DNA of 50,261 nucleotides, taken from an uncultured bacterium. GTDB taxonomy: Bacteria > Verrucomicrobiota > Kiritimatiellia > PWTM01. Numbering within the stretch: the stretch's first letter is position 1; each line of letters opens with the position of its first letter. Positions 27,701-36,660 of the stretch are shown here, one piece after another. The notes under the pieces were generated by a model. It made no database searches. It saw only the letters and a list, made by a program, of their open reading frames with translations, and was not told the origin of the DNA. The translations under genes and the position numbers were made by a program. The stretch spans positions 1 to 50,261 of the forward strand of contig CALGXT010000069.1 of NCBI GenBank assembly GCA_937935255.1. Reading direction: 5' to 3'.

Positions 27701-27980
27701 CCTCCATGCCCAGTTGACGCGCCTCCTCGACGCAGGCGCGCACGGCCTCGAACCAGGCGGGGGAGAGATAGGGCGTCGCCAGCCCGACGCGTGAATGCAT
27801 GAAAAAGCCGCCCAGACCCATGCGGCGCATTTGTCGAATCTGCCGCCGCAGTTTGTCGGGTTCGAGGCGCCCGTTCCAGGCCCAGAACGGTTTGCCGCGG
27901 AACTCGGCGCCGGGGGTGGCGAAGCTTTTCAGAAGGGCGGAGATCGAGGTGGAAGGGGACGAGCTTTTCATATTGCGCAT
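24789..27980 (-). CDS. Large glycoside hydrolase, GH106/alpha-L-rhamnosidase-like
   Basis: PFWAWNG, GGFFMHSRVG, WLYDEDRWPSG, FTDEP, GHVLAEE, PGMDLL, TETYGCTGW, KRDYP. Confidence 0.82.
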   Translation of the reverse strand: MRNMKSSSPSTSISALLKSFATPGAEFRGKPFWAWNGRLEPDKLRRQIRQMRRMGLGGFFMHSRVGLATPYLSPAWFEAVRACVEEARQLGMEAWLYDEDRWPSGAAGGLVTRDPRYRMRSLVCERLAKPSEFHWTRDTLAAFIARTEGARARAVRRIPRSGRPTAVSDGEEIFRFRVATQGLSPWYNGQTYLDTLNPAAVRAFLRITHDAYARRFGRDFGGVIPGIFTDEPNYGSTALPAEFRDRAKPSCNLPWTPALPAVFRRRYGYDVIPRLMELVFDVEDATASPARYHYHDCITHLFVESFSRQCGEWCERHGLLFTGHVLAEETLASQTDVVGACMRFYEHMQAPGMDLLTERRNEYLTAKQVSSAARQFGRKWRLTETYGCTGWDFPFAGHKALGDWQAALGINLRCQHLFWYTMLAEAKRDYPADIGPASPWWQSYGAVEDYFARVHAVMTRGVEARDALVIHPVESVWLRVRAGWKKDPEISALDAALTALSGRLLAQHLDFDYGDEELLSRHARVTGTKGEPRLRVGRADYRVVVVPAMLTMRKTTLDLLRAFRRRGGRVIFAGAPAGCVDAAPSDEVARFAAEGPRFDAPDSDFLAAVEPLARRVSIADAEGREIAPALYLLREDAAAQYLFVCNTGERFDTEATPSPVRDRRLEFPDARVRAFAGCRGAPIELDPATGERFAAEAERSGNGWLIRTSLPALGSRLWIAPKRADRAAARLPRRAALVATRRETLAEGPWRLRRDEPNALVLDRCALSVANEPEAAPCDVLEADRRIRERMGIPRRGGAMAQPWARAALTNPRSIPVELRFEFDVETPPSGPVSLGIERPEAFEILLNGALVDTDADRGWWTDESLRLLPLDPGQIRAGRNELRLRLDYTEDFSGLEYLYLLGEFGVRVEGEAAAMTETPRELHLGDWCAQGLPFYGGNVTYVRRLRLSAAPGERVFVRLPDYRGVAARVRCDGEVAGLAAWAPYEVEITQWAHSGQEIELGIEILGHRRNSQGPLHFAERWPRWTGPYQLQPLGNDRIAAYQLVPCGLMAPPHLEWRVQAPV

Positions 27981-28082
27981 GATCGGGCTTTCCCCCGTGC
28001 ATGGCAATTCCAATGTGACGTTTGGGGAGAAGCGCGCTTTGGAGTATATTGATCAAAGCGCCCGGGAGATACTGGCGGTCGC

Positions 28083-29360
28083 ATGAAGACGAATGTGTGT
28101 TGCAGTTTCGATTCGGCAAGGGCCTTGGACATCGCGCGCGGCGAAACGCCTGCGCCGCGGTCGGATTTTCCCGCGCTCGCTCAGCGTGTCCATGACCATC
28201 CGCTCGTTTACCTCGACAACGCGGCCACGAGCCAGCGGCCGCAATCGGTCGTCCGCGCCGAGTGCGAATATTACGGCAGTTGCAACGCCAACGTGCATCG
28301 CGCCCTCCATTTTTTGGCGGGGGAGGCGACGGAGCGCTACGAGGCGGCGCGCCGGCGCGTTGCGGAGTTCATCGGCGCGCCCGATCCGCGCGAGGTGATT
28401 TTCACCTCCGGCACGACGGCGGGGGTCAATCTCGTCGCCGCCGGATGGGGACGAAAGTTCCTTCAGCCGGGGGACGCGCTGCTGCTGACCGAGATGGAAC
28501 ACCACAGCAACCTCGTGCCCTGGCAGCGCGTCGCGCGCGAGCGGGGGGCGGAGTTGCGATTCATTCCGGTGACGCCGGACGGCGCGCTGGATCTCGGGGC
28601 CGCGCGCCGACTCCTGGCCGACGGAAGGGTCAAGCTGGTCGCGCTCACCTGGATTTCGAATGTGTTGGGAACGGAGAATCCGGTTTCAGAAATCGCGGCG
28701 CTTGCGCACGCCGCGGGCGCGCTCGTGTTTCTCGACGGCGCGCAAGGCGTCCCGCACCGACGCACCCGCGTGGGCGAACTGGATTGCGACTTCCTGGCGT
28801 TTTCCGGCCACAAGGCGCTCGCGCCGACCGGCACGGGGATACTGTGGGGCCGTGCGGCGTTGCTGGAGGCGATGGACCCTTTCTTGAGCGGCGGCGATAT
28901 GATCGAACGCGTGACGCTGACCGAAGCGACCTGGGCGGAACTGCCGCACAAATTCGAGGCGGGCACCCCGCACATCGCCGGCGTGATCGCCCTGGGCGCC
29001 GCCGTGGCGTATCTGGAGCGCATCGGCTTTGACGCCATCACAGAGCATGAGGCCGCGCTCAATCGCCGGCTAAACGAGCGGCTGGCGGAAATCCCGGGTC
29101 TTCGCGTGTTTGGCGGAGCGGCGCCGCGCATCGCGCTCGTGTCGTTCGATGTGGAAGGGCTGCACCCCCATGATCTGGCCCAGTTCCTCGACAGCCGCGG
29201 CGTCGCGATTCGGGCGGGACACCTCTGCGCCCAGCCGCTGCTGCGAAAGTTGGGCGTCAACGCCGTCAATCGCATCAGCCCGTACATTTACAACACTGCC
29301 GAAGAAATAGATCGCGCCGTCGCGGCGGTGATCGAGGCGCGGAAATGGTTTCGGCTATGA
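28083..29360 (+). CDS. sufS: SufS family cysteine desulfurase (start uncertain)
   Basis: VYLDNAATSQRP, MEHHSNLVPW, FSGHK (PLP Lys), FEAGTP, IRAGHLCAQP. Confidence 0.94.
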   Translation: MKTNVCCSFDSARALDIARGETPAPRSDFPALAQRVHDHPLVYLDNAATSQRPQSVVRAECEYYGSCNANVHRALHFLAGEATERYEAARRRVAEFIGAPDPREVIFTSGTTAGVNLVAAGWGRKFLQPGDALLLTEMEHHSNLVPWQRVARERGAELRFIPVTPDGALDLGAARRLLADGRVKLVALTWISNVLGTENPVSEIAALAHAAGALVFLDGAQGVPHRRTRVGELDCDFLAFSGHKALAPTGTGILWGRAALLEAMDPFLSGGDMIERVTLTEATWAELPHKFEAGTPHIAGVIALGAAVAYLERIGFDAITEHEAALNRRLNERLAEIPGLRVFGGAAPRIALVSFDVEGLHPHDLAQFLDSRGVAIRAGHLCAQPLLRKLGVNAVNRISPYIYNTAEEIDRAVAAVIEARKWFRL

Positions 29361-29812
29361 GTTTAGACGATCTCTATCAGGAAATACTGCTCGACCACGC
29401 CCGGCATCCGCGCCGGCGCGGCGAAATCGGCGAAGGCGAGGCCCTGGCCGATCTGGAGAATCCCGTTTGCGGGGATCATGTTCGCGTGCGTTTGCGGATC
29501 GAAGAGGGCCGCGTGAAAGACCTGCTCTTCGACGGCAAGGGCTGCGCCATTTCGACGGCGTCCAGCTCGCTGCTGGCGGAATACGCGGAGGGCCGGACCG
29601 TGGCGGAGTTGCGCGAATCCATAGCGCGCTTCACGGCGGCGCTGCGAGGGGAGGGGAGTCTGGACGAATTCGTGGATTCCGATCTTCGCGCGCTGGAAGG
29701 TGTAAAAGAATTTCCGATGCGCATCAAGTGCGCCACGCTCGCCTGGCATGCGCTGGCGCAAGCGCTCGATCATGCCGAGAACAAGCCTGCGGGGACGGAG
29801 ACCAATTCGTAA
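29357..29812 (+). CDS. sufU: SufU (NifU-N family) sulfur-transfer protein
   Basis: LYQEILLDH, NPVCGD, GCAISTAS, RIKCATLAWH; ATGA overlap with sufS. Confidence 0.92.
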   Translation: MSLDDLYQEILLDHARHPRRRGEIGEGEALADLENPVCGDHVRVRLRIEEGRVKDLLFDGKGCAISTASSSLLAEYAEGRTVAELRESIARFTAALRGEGSLDEFVDSDLRALEGVKEFPMRIKCATLAWHALAQALDHAENKPAGTETNS

Positions 29813-29872
29813 GTCATTGCAGACCATTGACCTAAAGGTCAAAAGGCTCCGCCCATAAATTCTCTGTCCCCT

Positions 29873-29960
29873 TGAAATCGTTCTCTGTCCCTTGAATTCC
29901 CATCGTATGTTCCCAGTGAAATCGTTCTCTGTCCCTTGAATTCCCATCGTATGTTCCCAG
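29873..29960. repeat. Perfect 44-bp tandem duplication containing TCTCTGTCCC
   Basis: tgaaatcgttctctgtcccttgaattcccatcgtatgttcccag at 29873-29916 and 29917-29960. Confidence 0.92.
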
Positions 29961-29962
29961 GG

Positions 29963-29988
29963 GCGGCGCGAGCAAGCTCGCGCCCTAC
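29963..29988 (-). repeat. GTAG-type REP hairpin
   Basis: Minus strand gtagggcgcgagcttgctcgcgccgc. Confidence 0.8.
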
Positions 29989-30174
29989 GAAGGGGCGCGC
30001 AAGGGACAGAGACCGTCGCGCGGCTCGGGATTGCACCGCGGAGGCGCCGAGACCACGGAGGGGGAAATCGGCGGGCAGGGATTGACCGCGCAACCCGAAT
30101 CGTTATCCATGCGCCCTTTGGAAAAATGCATTCTCTGTCCCCATGCGGCGGATTTCGGCGGCCTGCGGCCGCCG

Positions 30175-30216
30175 CCTTCGCCCTTCGGGCCTCGGGCCTC
30201 GGGCTTCTGGCCTCCG
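30175..30216. repeat. Degenerate heptamer run (ccttcgc ccttcgg gcctcgg gcctcgg gcttctg gcctccg)
   Basis: 7-bp periodicity; lies between tctctgtcccc (~30132) and ggggacagaga (~30255). Confidence 0.6.
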
Positions 30217-30344
30217 GGTTCTCGGCGTCGCTGCGGCGCTCTCCCCCGGTCGAAGGGGACAGAGATGTGGCCGGGGCGCCGGCGGTTGCTTTTTCGGAAT
30301 ATTTCTGCGACTATTTCGCCGTCTTTTCCAGGTCTTCGGCGTTT

Positions 30345-30391
30345 TTCCAAGGCTTGGAAAAAGTTGGGGCGATCTCTTCCAAGGCTTGGAA
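30345..30391. repeat. Doublet of TTCCAAGGCTTGGAA palindromes abutting the leuS start
   Basis: 30345-30359 and 30377-30391; ATG at 30394. Confidence 0.85.
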
Positions 30392-30393
30392 AA

Positions 30394-32901
30394 ATGAACG
30401 AGCGGTATCCGTTTGCCGAAATCGAACCGAAATGGCAGGACTACTGGGAGCGGGAGGGGCTGTTCGCCGTGGATACGGCGGACGCCGACCGGAAATACTA
30501 CTGTCTGGTGATGTTCCCGTACCCCTCCGGCACACTGCACGTCGGCCACGGGCGCAACTACATCATCGGCGATGCGGTCGCGCGCTACAAAATGATGCGC
30601 GGTTATCGCGTCCTGACCCCGATGGGGTGGGACGCCTTCGGCCTGCCCGCCGAGAACGCCGCCAAAAGCCGCGGCATCCACCCCAAAGAATGGACGCTCT
30701 CGAACATCGCCCAGATGAAGCGGCAAATCCGCTCGTGGGGCGTCGGCTATGACTGGGCGCGCGAGATCGCCACCTGCCATCCGGACTATTACAAATGGAC
30801 GCAGTGGATATTTCTCCAGCTCTATCGCCGCGGTCTGGCCTATCGCAAAAACGCGCCGGTGAACTGGTGCCCCTATTGCACCACGCTGGCCAATGAGGAA
30901 GTGCGCGCCGACGGCGCCTGCGACCGCTGCGGCCGCACGGTCGAGAAACGCGATCTGACGCAGTGGTTCTTCAAAATCACCGAATACGCCCAGCCGCTGC
31001 TCGACGATCTCGCGCTGCTCGATCGCTGGCCGGAGCGCGTGCGCAGCATGCAGGCCCACTGGATCGGGCGCTCCGAGGGCGCGCGCGTCGAGTTCACGAT
31101 CGCGGAGACCGGCGATCCGTGCCCCATTTTCACGACGCGCCCCGACACGATCTTTGGCGTGACCTTCATGGCCATCGCCCCGGAGCATCCGCTCGTGGCC
31201 AAGCTCGTGAAAGGATCGCCGCGCGAGGCCGAGGTGATGGACTTCGTCCGCCGCCAGGCCCTCATTCCCGCCGCCGAGCGCGCCGCGGAAGCCGCGCGCA
31301 AAGAGGGCGTTTTCACCGGCTTCCATGTGCGGAACCCTTACAACGGCGAAACCGCGCCGCTGTGGGTCACCAATTACGTGCTGATGGAATACGGCACCGG
31401 CGCGGTCATGGCCGTGCCCGCGCACGATCAGCGCGACTTCGAGTTCGCGCGTCAGTACGCCCTGCCGATCAAGGTCGTCATTCAGCCGCCGGGCCAGGCG
31501 CTCGACGGCGCGACGATGACGGCTGCCTTTGTCGAGGACGGCATCATGGTCAATTCCGGCCCCTTCAACGGGCGCGGCAATCGCGAGGCGATGCGCGATG
31601 TCATCGCCTATGCGAAGGATCGCGGCTTCGGCGATTTCGCCGTGACCTATCGCCTGCGCGACTGGCTCATCAGCCGCCAGCGCTACTGGGGCGCGCCGAT
31701 TCCGATCGTCCATTGCGACGCCTGCGGCGTTGTGCCCGTGCCGGAATCCGACCTGCCGGTTCGCCTGCCGGACGACGTGGACTTCAAGATCGAACACGGC
31801 AATCCGCTCGCGGCGCACGAGGGCTTTGTGCGCACCCCCTGCCCGAAATGCGGAAAGCCGGCGCGGCGCGACACCGACACCCTGGCCCAGTGGCTGTGCT
31901 CCTGCTGGTACTTCCTGCGTTACATCAACCCGCGCCTCGCGGATCGCGCGTTCCGCAAAGAGGATGTGGATCGCTGGCTGCCGGTGGACCAGTACATCGG
32001 CGGTATCGAACACGCGGTGCTGCACCTGCTCTACTCGCGGTTCATCGTCAAAGTCCTCCACGACGCCGGCCATCTCTCTTTCCGCGAGCCGTTCGGCGCG
32101 CTGTTCACGCAGGGCATGATCTGCAAGCGGAGCGAGAAGGATGGGCAGCTCTACAAGATGTCGAAGTCCAAGGGCAACGTCGTCAGTCCGGACGAGCTGA
32201 TCCAGAAATACGGGGCGGACACGCTGCGGGTGTACACGCTTTTTATCGGGCCGCCGGAGAAGGACGCCGAATGGAGCGACACCGCCGTCGAGGGCTCGCA
32301 CCGTTTTCTGAACCGCATCTGGCGTCGCGTGTGCGAGACCCGCGAGATTCTGGCCGCCGCGCGCGATCTCAAGCCCGATCTGTCCGCCATGGAATCGCCG
32401 GAGCGCGACTTGTATCGCAAACTGCATGAGTCCATTGACAAAATCACCCGCGATTTGGAGGGCGCGTTCCATTTCAACACCGCCATCGCTTCGATCATGG
32501 AGTTGCTGAACGCCATCGAAGCGTTGCCGGTGGACGCCGGCGCCTCGCCGGCGCGTCGCGCGGTGTATCGCGCGGCGATCGAGAATCTCGTCGTGCTGCT
32601 CTCGCCGTTCGCGCCGCACATCGCCGAGGAATTGTGGCGCGAACTGGGGCATTCCGACAGCGTTCTGCGCGCGCCGTGGCCGGCGGCGGACGCCGCGGCG
32701 ATGCGCCGCGAACAGGTCGAGCTCGCGCTTCAGGTCAACGGCAAGGTGCGCGGCCGCATCCTCGTCAGCGCCGGCGCCGACGCGAAGGCCATCGAGGCCG
32801 AGGCCTTGGCCGATCCGCAAGTGGCCCGCTGGCTGGAGGGCAAGACGGTCCGCAAGGTCGTCGTGGTGCCGGGCCGATTGGTCAATATCGCGGCGGCATG
32901 A
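30394..32901 (+). CDS. leuS: Leucine--tRNA ligase
   Basis: [13 protein letters not shown] (HIGH), [36 protein letters not shown]. Confidence 0.97.
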   Translation: MNERYPFAEIEPKWQDYWEREGLFAVDTADADRKYYCLVMFPYPSGTLHVGHGRNYIIGDAVARYKMMRGYRVLTPMGWDAFGLPAENAAKSRGIHPKEWTLSNIAQMKRQIRSWGVGYDWAREIATCHPDYYKWTQWIFLQLYRRGLAYRKNAPVNWCPYCTTLANEEVRADGACDRCGRTVEKRDLTQWFFKITEYAQPLLDDLALLDRWPERVRSMQAHWIGRSEGARVEFTIAETGDPCPIFTTRPDTIFGVTFMAIAPEHPLVAKLVKGSPREAEVMDFVRRQALIPAAERAAEAARKEGVFTGFHVRNPYNGETAPLWVTNYVLMEYGTGAVMAVPAHDQRDFEFARQYALPIKVVIQPPGQALDGATMTAAFVEDGIMVNSGPFNGRGNREAMRDVIAYAKDRGFGDFAVTYRLRDWLISRQRYWGAPIPIVHCDACGVVPVPESDLPVRLPDDVDFKIEHGNPLAAHEGFVRTPCPKCGKPARRDTDTLAQWLCSCWYFLRYINPRLADRAFRKEDVDRWLPVDQYIGGIEHAVLHLLYSRFIVKVLHDAGHLSFREPFGALFTQGMICKRSEKDGQLYKMSKSKGNVVSPDELIQKYGADTLRVYTLFIGPPEKDAEWSDTAVEGSHRFLNRIWRRVCETREILAAARDLKPDLSAMESPERDLYRKLHESIDKITRDLEGAFHFNTAIASIMELLNAIEALPVDAGASPARRAVYRAAIENLVVLLSPFAPHIAEELWRELGHSDSVLRAPWPAADAAAMRREQVELALQVNGKVRGRILVSAGADAKAIEAEALADPQVARWLEGKTVRKVVVVPGRLVNIAAA

Positions 32902-33863
32902 AGAAAGCCGTCGAGCGGTTTTGGTTCTTCATCGGAATCGCCTTCGCATTCGGAATCGCGTTCTGGAAACCGGAGTGGGGGGCGGATTTGCGCCGCTGGC
33001 GGGTCGTGCCCGTCGGCGTATTTCTGACCTTCGTGCTGACGGGCGCGACCTTGGATTTGCGCGAGATCGTCCGCCATCGGCAGCACGGACGCGCCCTGAT
33101 CGCCGCGGTCGTTTCGACGCTGCTATTCCTGCCGCCGGTCGCGCGCGCGGCCGCGGGCGTCGTTTTTCCGGATCGCCCCGATTTCATTCTGGGCGTGACC
33201 TTGATTGCCGCGGCGCCGGTGACGGTCGCGTCGGGCACGATCATGACCGCCATGGCGGGAGGCCATGTGCCGCTGAGCCTGGCCATTTGCGTCGCGACGA
33301 ATCTGGCGGCGTTGATCTCGATGCCCGCGATATTGCCGCCGCTCCTGCGGCTCGATCAGCCGATCGCGATGCCCGCGGGCCGCATTCTCGCGAGCCTGGC
33401 GACGACCGTGCTGTTGCCGACCGTGCTGGGTTCCCTGTTGCGTTTCCGCATCCGCCCCTGGCTGGGCGCCTGGACGCGGCCCTTCTCGCAGACCGTGGTG
33501 CTGCTGATCATTTTCAACGCGGCGGCGGCTTCCGCGCCTCGGGCTTCGGAGGCCGGCGCGGCCTTGGCGCGTCTGCTGATCTTTATCGTCGCGCTGCGCG
33601 CCGCGGTGCTGGCCTTTCATGCGGCGCTGGCGCGCGCCCTCCGCCTGGATCGCCCCGCGCGCGCGGCATTCACGATCCACACCTCGCAGAAAACGCTCAT
33701 CGTGTCGTCGCTGGTTTGGGAGGGCTATTTCGCCGCCGCGTTTCCGCTCGGCATGCTGCCAGGCATCGCCTACCACCTGGCGCAGATGGTGATGGACACG
33801 GCGCTCGCCCGCGCGCTGCGCCGCGGGGCCGACCGCGCCGCCGCGCTCACGCCCGCGCGCTGA
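32898..33863 (+). CDS. Bile acid:sodium symporter family protein
   Basis: Multi-TM; [22 protein letters not shown]; ATGA overlap with leuS. Confidence 0.82.
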   Translation: MKKAVERFWFFIGIAFAFGIAFWKPEWGADLRRWRVVPVGVFLTFVLTGATLDLREIVRHRQHGRALIAAVVSTLLFLPPVARAAAGVVFPDRPDFILGVTLIAAAPVTVASGTIMTAMAGGHVPLSLAICVATNLAALISMPAILPPLLRLDQPIAMPAGRILASLATTVLLPTVLGSLLRFRIRPWLGAWTRPFSQTVVLLIIFNAAAASAPRASEAGAALARLLIFIVALRAAVLAFHAALARALRLDRPARAAFTIHTSQKTLIVSSLVWEGYFAAAFPLGMLPGIAYHLAQMVMDTALARALRRGADRAAALTPAR

Positions 33864-35397
33864 GTTTGTCGGCCAGGCGGCGGAATTCCTTCGAATCGAG
33901 CCGCTCGCGAAGCTTCATGAATTCCCGCTGGCGTTCGGCGATCCGCCGGTCAATGTCGCGTTCGAGGTCGCGGCGCGCTTCGATCAGCGCCGCCGTCAGC
34001 CCGCGGTCGCCCCCTTCGCGCAACAGGGCGCGTAAAACCACCTCGTCCTGAAACGCCCCCAGCGTGTCCTGAATCTCGGTCAGCTCCCGACACAGCTTGC
34101 GCGTGGCCCGAGGCCGAAGATCGGCGAAGCATTCGATCGCATAGCGGAGTTTCTTGAATCGAATGCGCGCCTGGTGAAAGGCGGCTTCGTCGGCGTCGCG
34201 CTCGAGGGCGAAGGCGGCCTCGGCAGCCTTGCGGAAACAGCGGCGCAGCATTTTGGGCGCGCGATCGCCGACGCGGTCGGCGGCGGGCGCCTCGGCGGCG
34301 TCGGACGCCGGCGCCGCCAGCCCCTTCCGCATGAACTCGAGGAAACGCGCGTATCGCTCCCCGCCGAAACATTTCAACAAATGATTCCAGGCTTTTTGAC
34401 GCCGGCGCTCCAGCTTTTCCACCCACGCGGCCGCGCCGGGCGCTTCCCGTTCGCTCGCCCGCTTGCGCAGCATCCCCAGGCTCACATCCAAATCCCGAAC
34501 CCGGCCCATCACCGCGAACAGATGGCGGATATCCGCCTCCGCGCGGCGCGCGAACGTCGCCGGAAGCGCGTCGCGGAAAACCCTCAGCACCGCCCGGATT
34601 CGCCGCGCCGCCACGCGCATGTCGTGCAGAAACTCCGGATCGAGACCGGCGCGGGCGCCGGGCTCGTTCCACTGGAATTCGGCGAAACGATCGCGGAGCA
34701 AACCCGTCGCGGCTTCCGCCAGCGATTGATCGGAGCGTACGCGGAACGAGCCGTGCGGGGCGGTCGGCGGCTCGATGCCCGTCAGCGCCAGCGCCCGTTC
34801 GAGCTTCGAGGTCGGATCGCGCTCCCAACCGGATTGACGCTCCAGTTTTCGCGCGAAACGCGCCAGCCGTTTGGCGTCGCCTTCCGTGCGCTCGATTTCA
34901 AGCTCGTAAAAAACACGGGGAACGCCGCCGCCGATGACGCGCGCGCAATCCAGACAGACCTTCGCGGCCACACCGCCGGGCAGCCGCGCCGCGAACTCGT
35001 CGCGCTCGTGATCCAGCTCGACCAGCGGATGCAACACGGTGATGCCGCCGGATCGCTTCAGCCAGGCGGCGATGCGTCCGCGGGGCAGGGGGCCGGGAAA
35101 GCGCAAGGCGGAGGCGTTGTGCGGCTCTTCCCACTCCAGGCGCCGGGCCACGCGTTCGCCGGCGGAACGCCGCGTTTTCACCGTGAGGACGGCGCGACGC
35201 CCCACGAAGCGCGCGCGCAACCCGATCCCCGCGCGCAGCAGCCAGCGGTCGTGAGTGTCGAGATAGATATCCCGCATCCGGATTCGGCGCTTGCGGCCGA
35301 GTTTCCCGCCGAGCTGTCGGAGAAGCGCCGGCGCCGATTCCAAAGCCTCCGCGCTGGGCGCGCGGAATTTGGCTTCGACTTCTTCCGCCGGCTTCAT
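33847..35397 (-). CDS. CYTH + CHAD domain protein
   Basis: EVEAKF, DIYLDT, ELEIE (CYTH); LHDMRVAARR, GRVRDLDV, HQARIRFKKLRY, QDTLG (CHAD). Confidence 0.9.
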   Translation of the reverse strand: MKPAEEVEAKFRAPSAEALESAPALLRQLGGKLGRKRRIRMRDIYLDTHDRWLLRAGIGLRARFVGRRAVLTVKTRRSAGERVARRLEWEEPHNASALRFPGPLPRGRIAAWLKRSGGITVLHPLVELDHERDEFAARLPGGVAAKVCLDCARVIGGGVPRVFYELEIERTEGDAKRLARFARKLERQSGWERDPTSKLERALALTGIEPPTAPHGSFRVRSDQSLAEAATGLLRDRFAEFQWNEPGARAGLDPEFLHDMRVAARRIRAVLRVFRDALPATFARRAEADIRHLFAVMGRVRDLDVSLGMLRKRASEREAPGAAAWVEKLERRRQKAWNHLLKCFGGERYARFLEFMRKGLAAPASDAAEAPAADRVGDRAPKMLRRCFRKAAEAAFALERDADEAAFHQARIRFKKLRYAIECFADLRPRATRKLCRELTEIQDTLGAFQDEVVLRALLREGGDRGLTAALIEARRDLERDIDRRIAERQREFMKLRERLDSKEFRRLADKLSARA

Positions 35398-35401
35398 ACG
35401 T

Positions 35402-35896
35402 TCATGCGCTCGCCAATTTGCGCAGCAGGCGAGGGGGCAGAAACCACTCCAACGCCCCCTGTCCGGGCCGCGCCGGGCCCTCGAACTCGAAACACGCCAC
35501 GCCGCCCTTGCGAAAATCGAACGCGCCGCGAGCATCGCCGGTCAGCAAGCGCCCGGCGACCTCGGAAAGATCGGGCATGTGCCCCACCGCCAATGTGTCA
35601 TCCGCTCCGCGCAGGGCATGAAGCAGCGCTTGAAATTCTCCGCCGGGAGCGAGGGCTTCCTCGAGTTCAACGGATTTTGCGCCGTGTAGAATCCTGGCGA
35701 CAATCTCCGCCGTCTCCCGCGCGCGGAGCAGGGGGCTGGAGATGAGGCGTCTCGGCGCGGCGCCCACGACGCGGAGACCTTTCGCGATTTCGGCGGTTTT
35801 TCGGCGACCCTCCTCCGAAAGGGGACGTTCGGCGTCGGTTGGGATGCCCATCCCCATCTCCTCCGCAATGCCGTGGCGCATTAGATATATTTTCAT
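35402..35896 (-). CDS. sixA: Phosphohistidine phosphatase SixA
   Basis: YLMRHG, RPLSEEG, SSPLLRARETA, VGHMP. Confidence 0.9.
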   Translation of the reverse strand: MKIYLMRHGIAEEMGMGIPTDAERPLSEEGRRKTAEIAKGLRVVGAAPRRLISSPLLRARETAEIVARILHGAKSVELEEALAPGGEFQALLHALRGADDTLAVGHMPDLSEVAGRLLTGDARGAFDFRKGGVACFEFEGPARPGQGALEWFLPPRLLRKLASA

Positions 35897-36102
35897 GGCG
35901 TCGCCCCTTCAGCGGAAAATAACTTAAATCTAACTTTACTTTGGAAAAAACCGCCACGCAATACGTTTCGGAGGATTTCGATTGTCCGAACGATCGCGGC
36001 GCGGCAGCATGGGGCGGTGCGGCAAATGCCATGAGCGATTACGCTAAAGAATCCGAAGCGGCCAAACGTCTTCGCTATGAGCCGCCCGAAGGTTCAAAAA
36101 CG

Positions 36103-36660
36103 ATGGAGCGCTGTGAAGACGAAGATGCGTTTCGCGCCGACACGGTCGGCGCGGCGGCGGAGGCGATCGTGGCACGCTATGAAAAAGCTCTACTGCGCTA
36201 TGCGGCGCGGCTGCTGAACGATGCGGATGCGGCGCGCGACGTCGTTCAAGAGGCCTTCATCCGTTTTTTTCGACGCTGGACGCCGGAATGGACGGACGAC
36301 GGCCGGTTGCGGCAATGGCTGTATCGGACGACGCACAATGCCGCCATTGATCACATCCGCCGCGAGCGCCGACGCCGGGACCTGCACGAACGCGACGCCC
36401 GCGAGCGCGCGCCGGCCGCCGTCCCCGATGCGCCGGAGCGAATGGAGGAAGCCGACCGGCATCGTCTCGTGCTCGCATTCGTTGCGCAGCTCGACCCCTC
36501 GGAACGCGAAGTGCTCTTGCTGCGACTGCAGGAGGGCCTTTCGTATGCGGAGATCGCCCGCGCGACCGGGCGTCGCGTCGGCACGGTCGGTTGCCTGTTG
36601 CATACGGCCACGCGCAAATTGGCGGAGCGTCTGCGTCAAGCCCATGTGATTGGAACATGA
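36103..36660 (+). CDS. ECF RNA polymerase sigma factor (start may be 36031)
   Basis: ARDVVQEAF, WLYRTTHNAAIDHIRR, REVLLLRLQEGLSYAEIA. Confidence 0.9.
   Translation: MERCEDEDAFRADTVGAAAEAIVARYEKALLRYAARLLNDADAARDVVQEAFIRFFRRWTPEWTDDGRLRQWLYRTTHNAAIDHIRRERRRRDLHERDARERAPAAVPDAPERMEEADRHRLVLAFVAQLDPSEREVLLLRLQEGLSYAEIARATGRRVGTVGCLLHTATRKLAERLRQAHVIGT

Noticed and set aside
29873-29960. Possible CRISPR array (also 426-469)
   Set aside because: The repeats are directly adjacent with no unique spacers, and there are no cas genes in the window.
30031-30393. 121-aa N-terminal extension of LeuS in the ORF track
   Set aside because: It translates repeat DNA. The LeuS-like sequence starts at [15 protein letters not shown] (ATG 30394).
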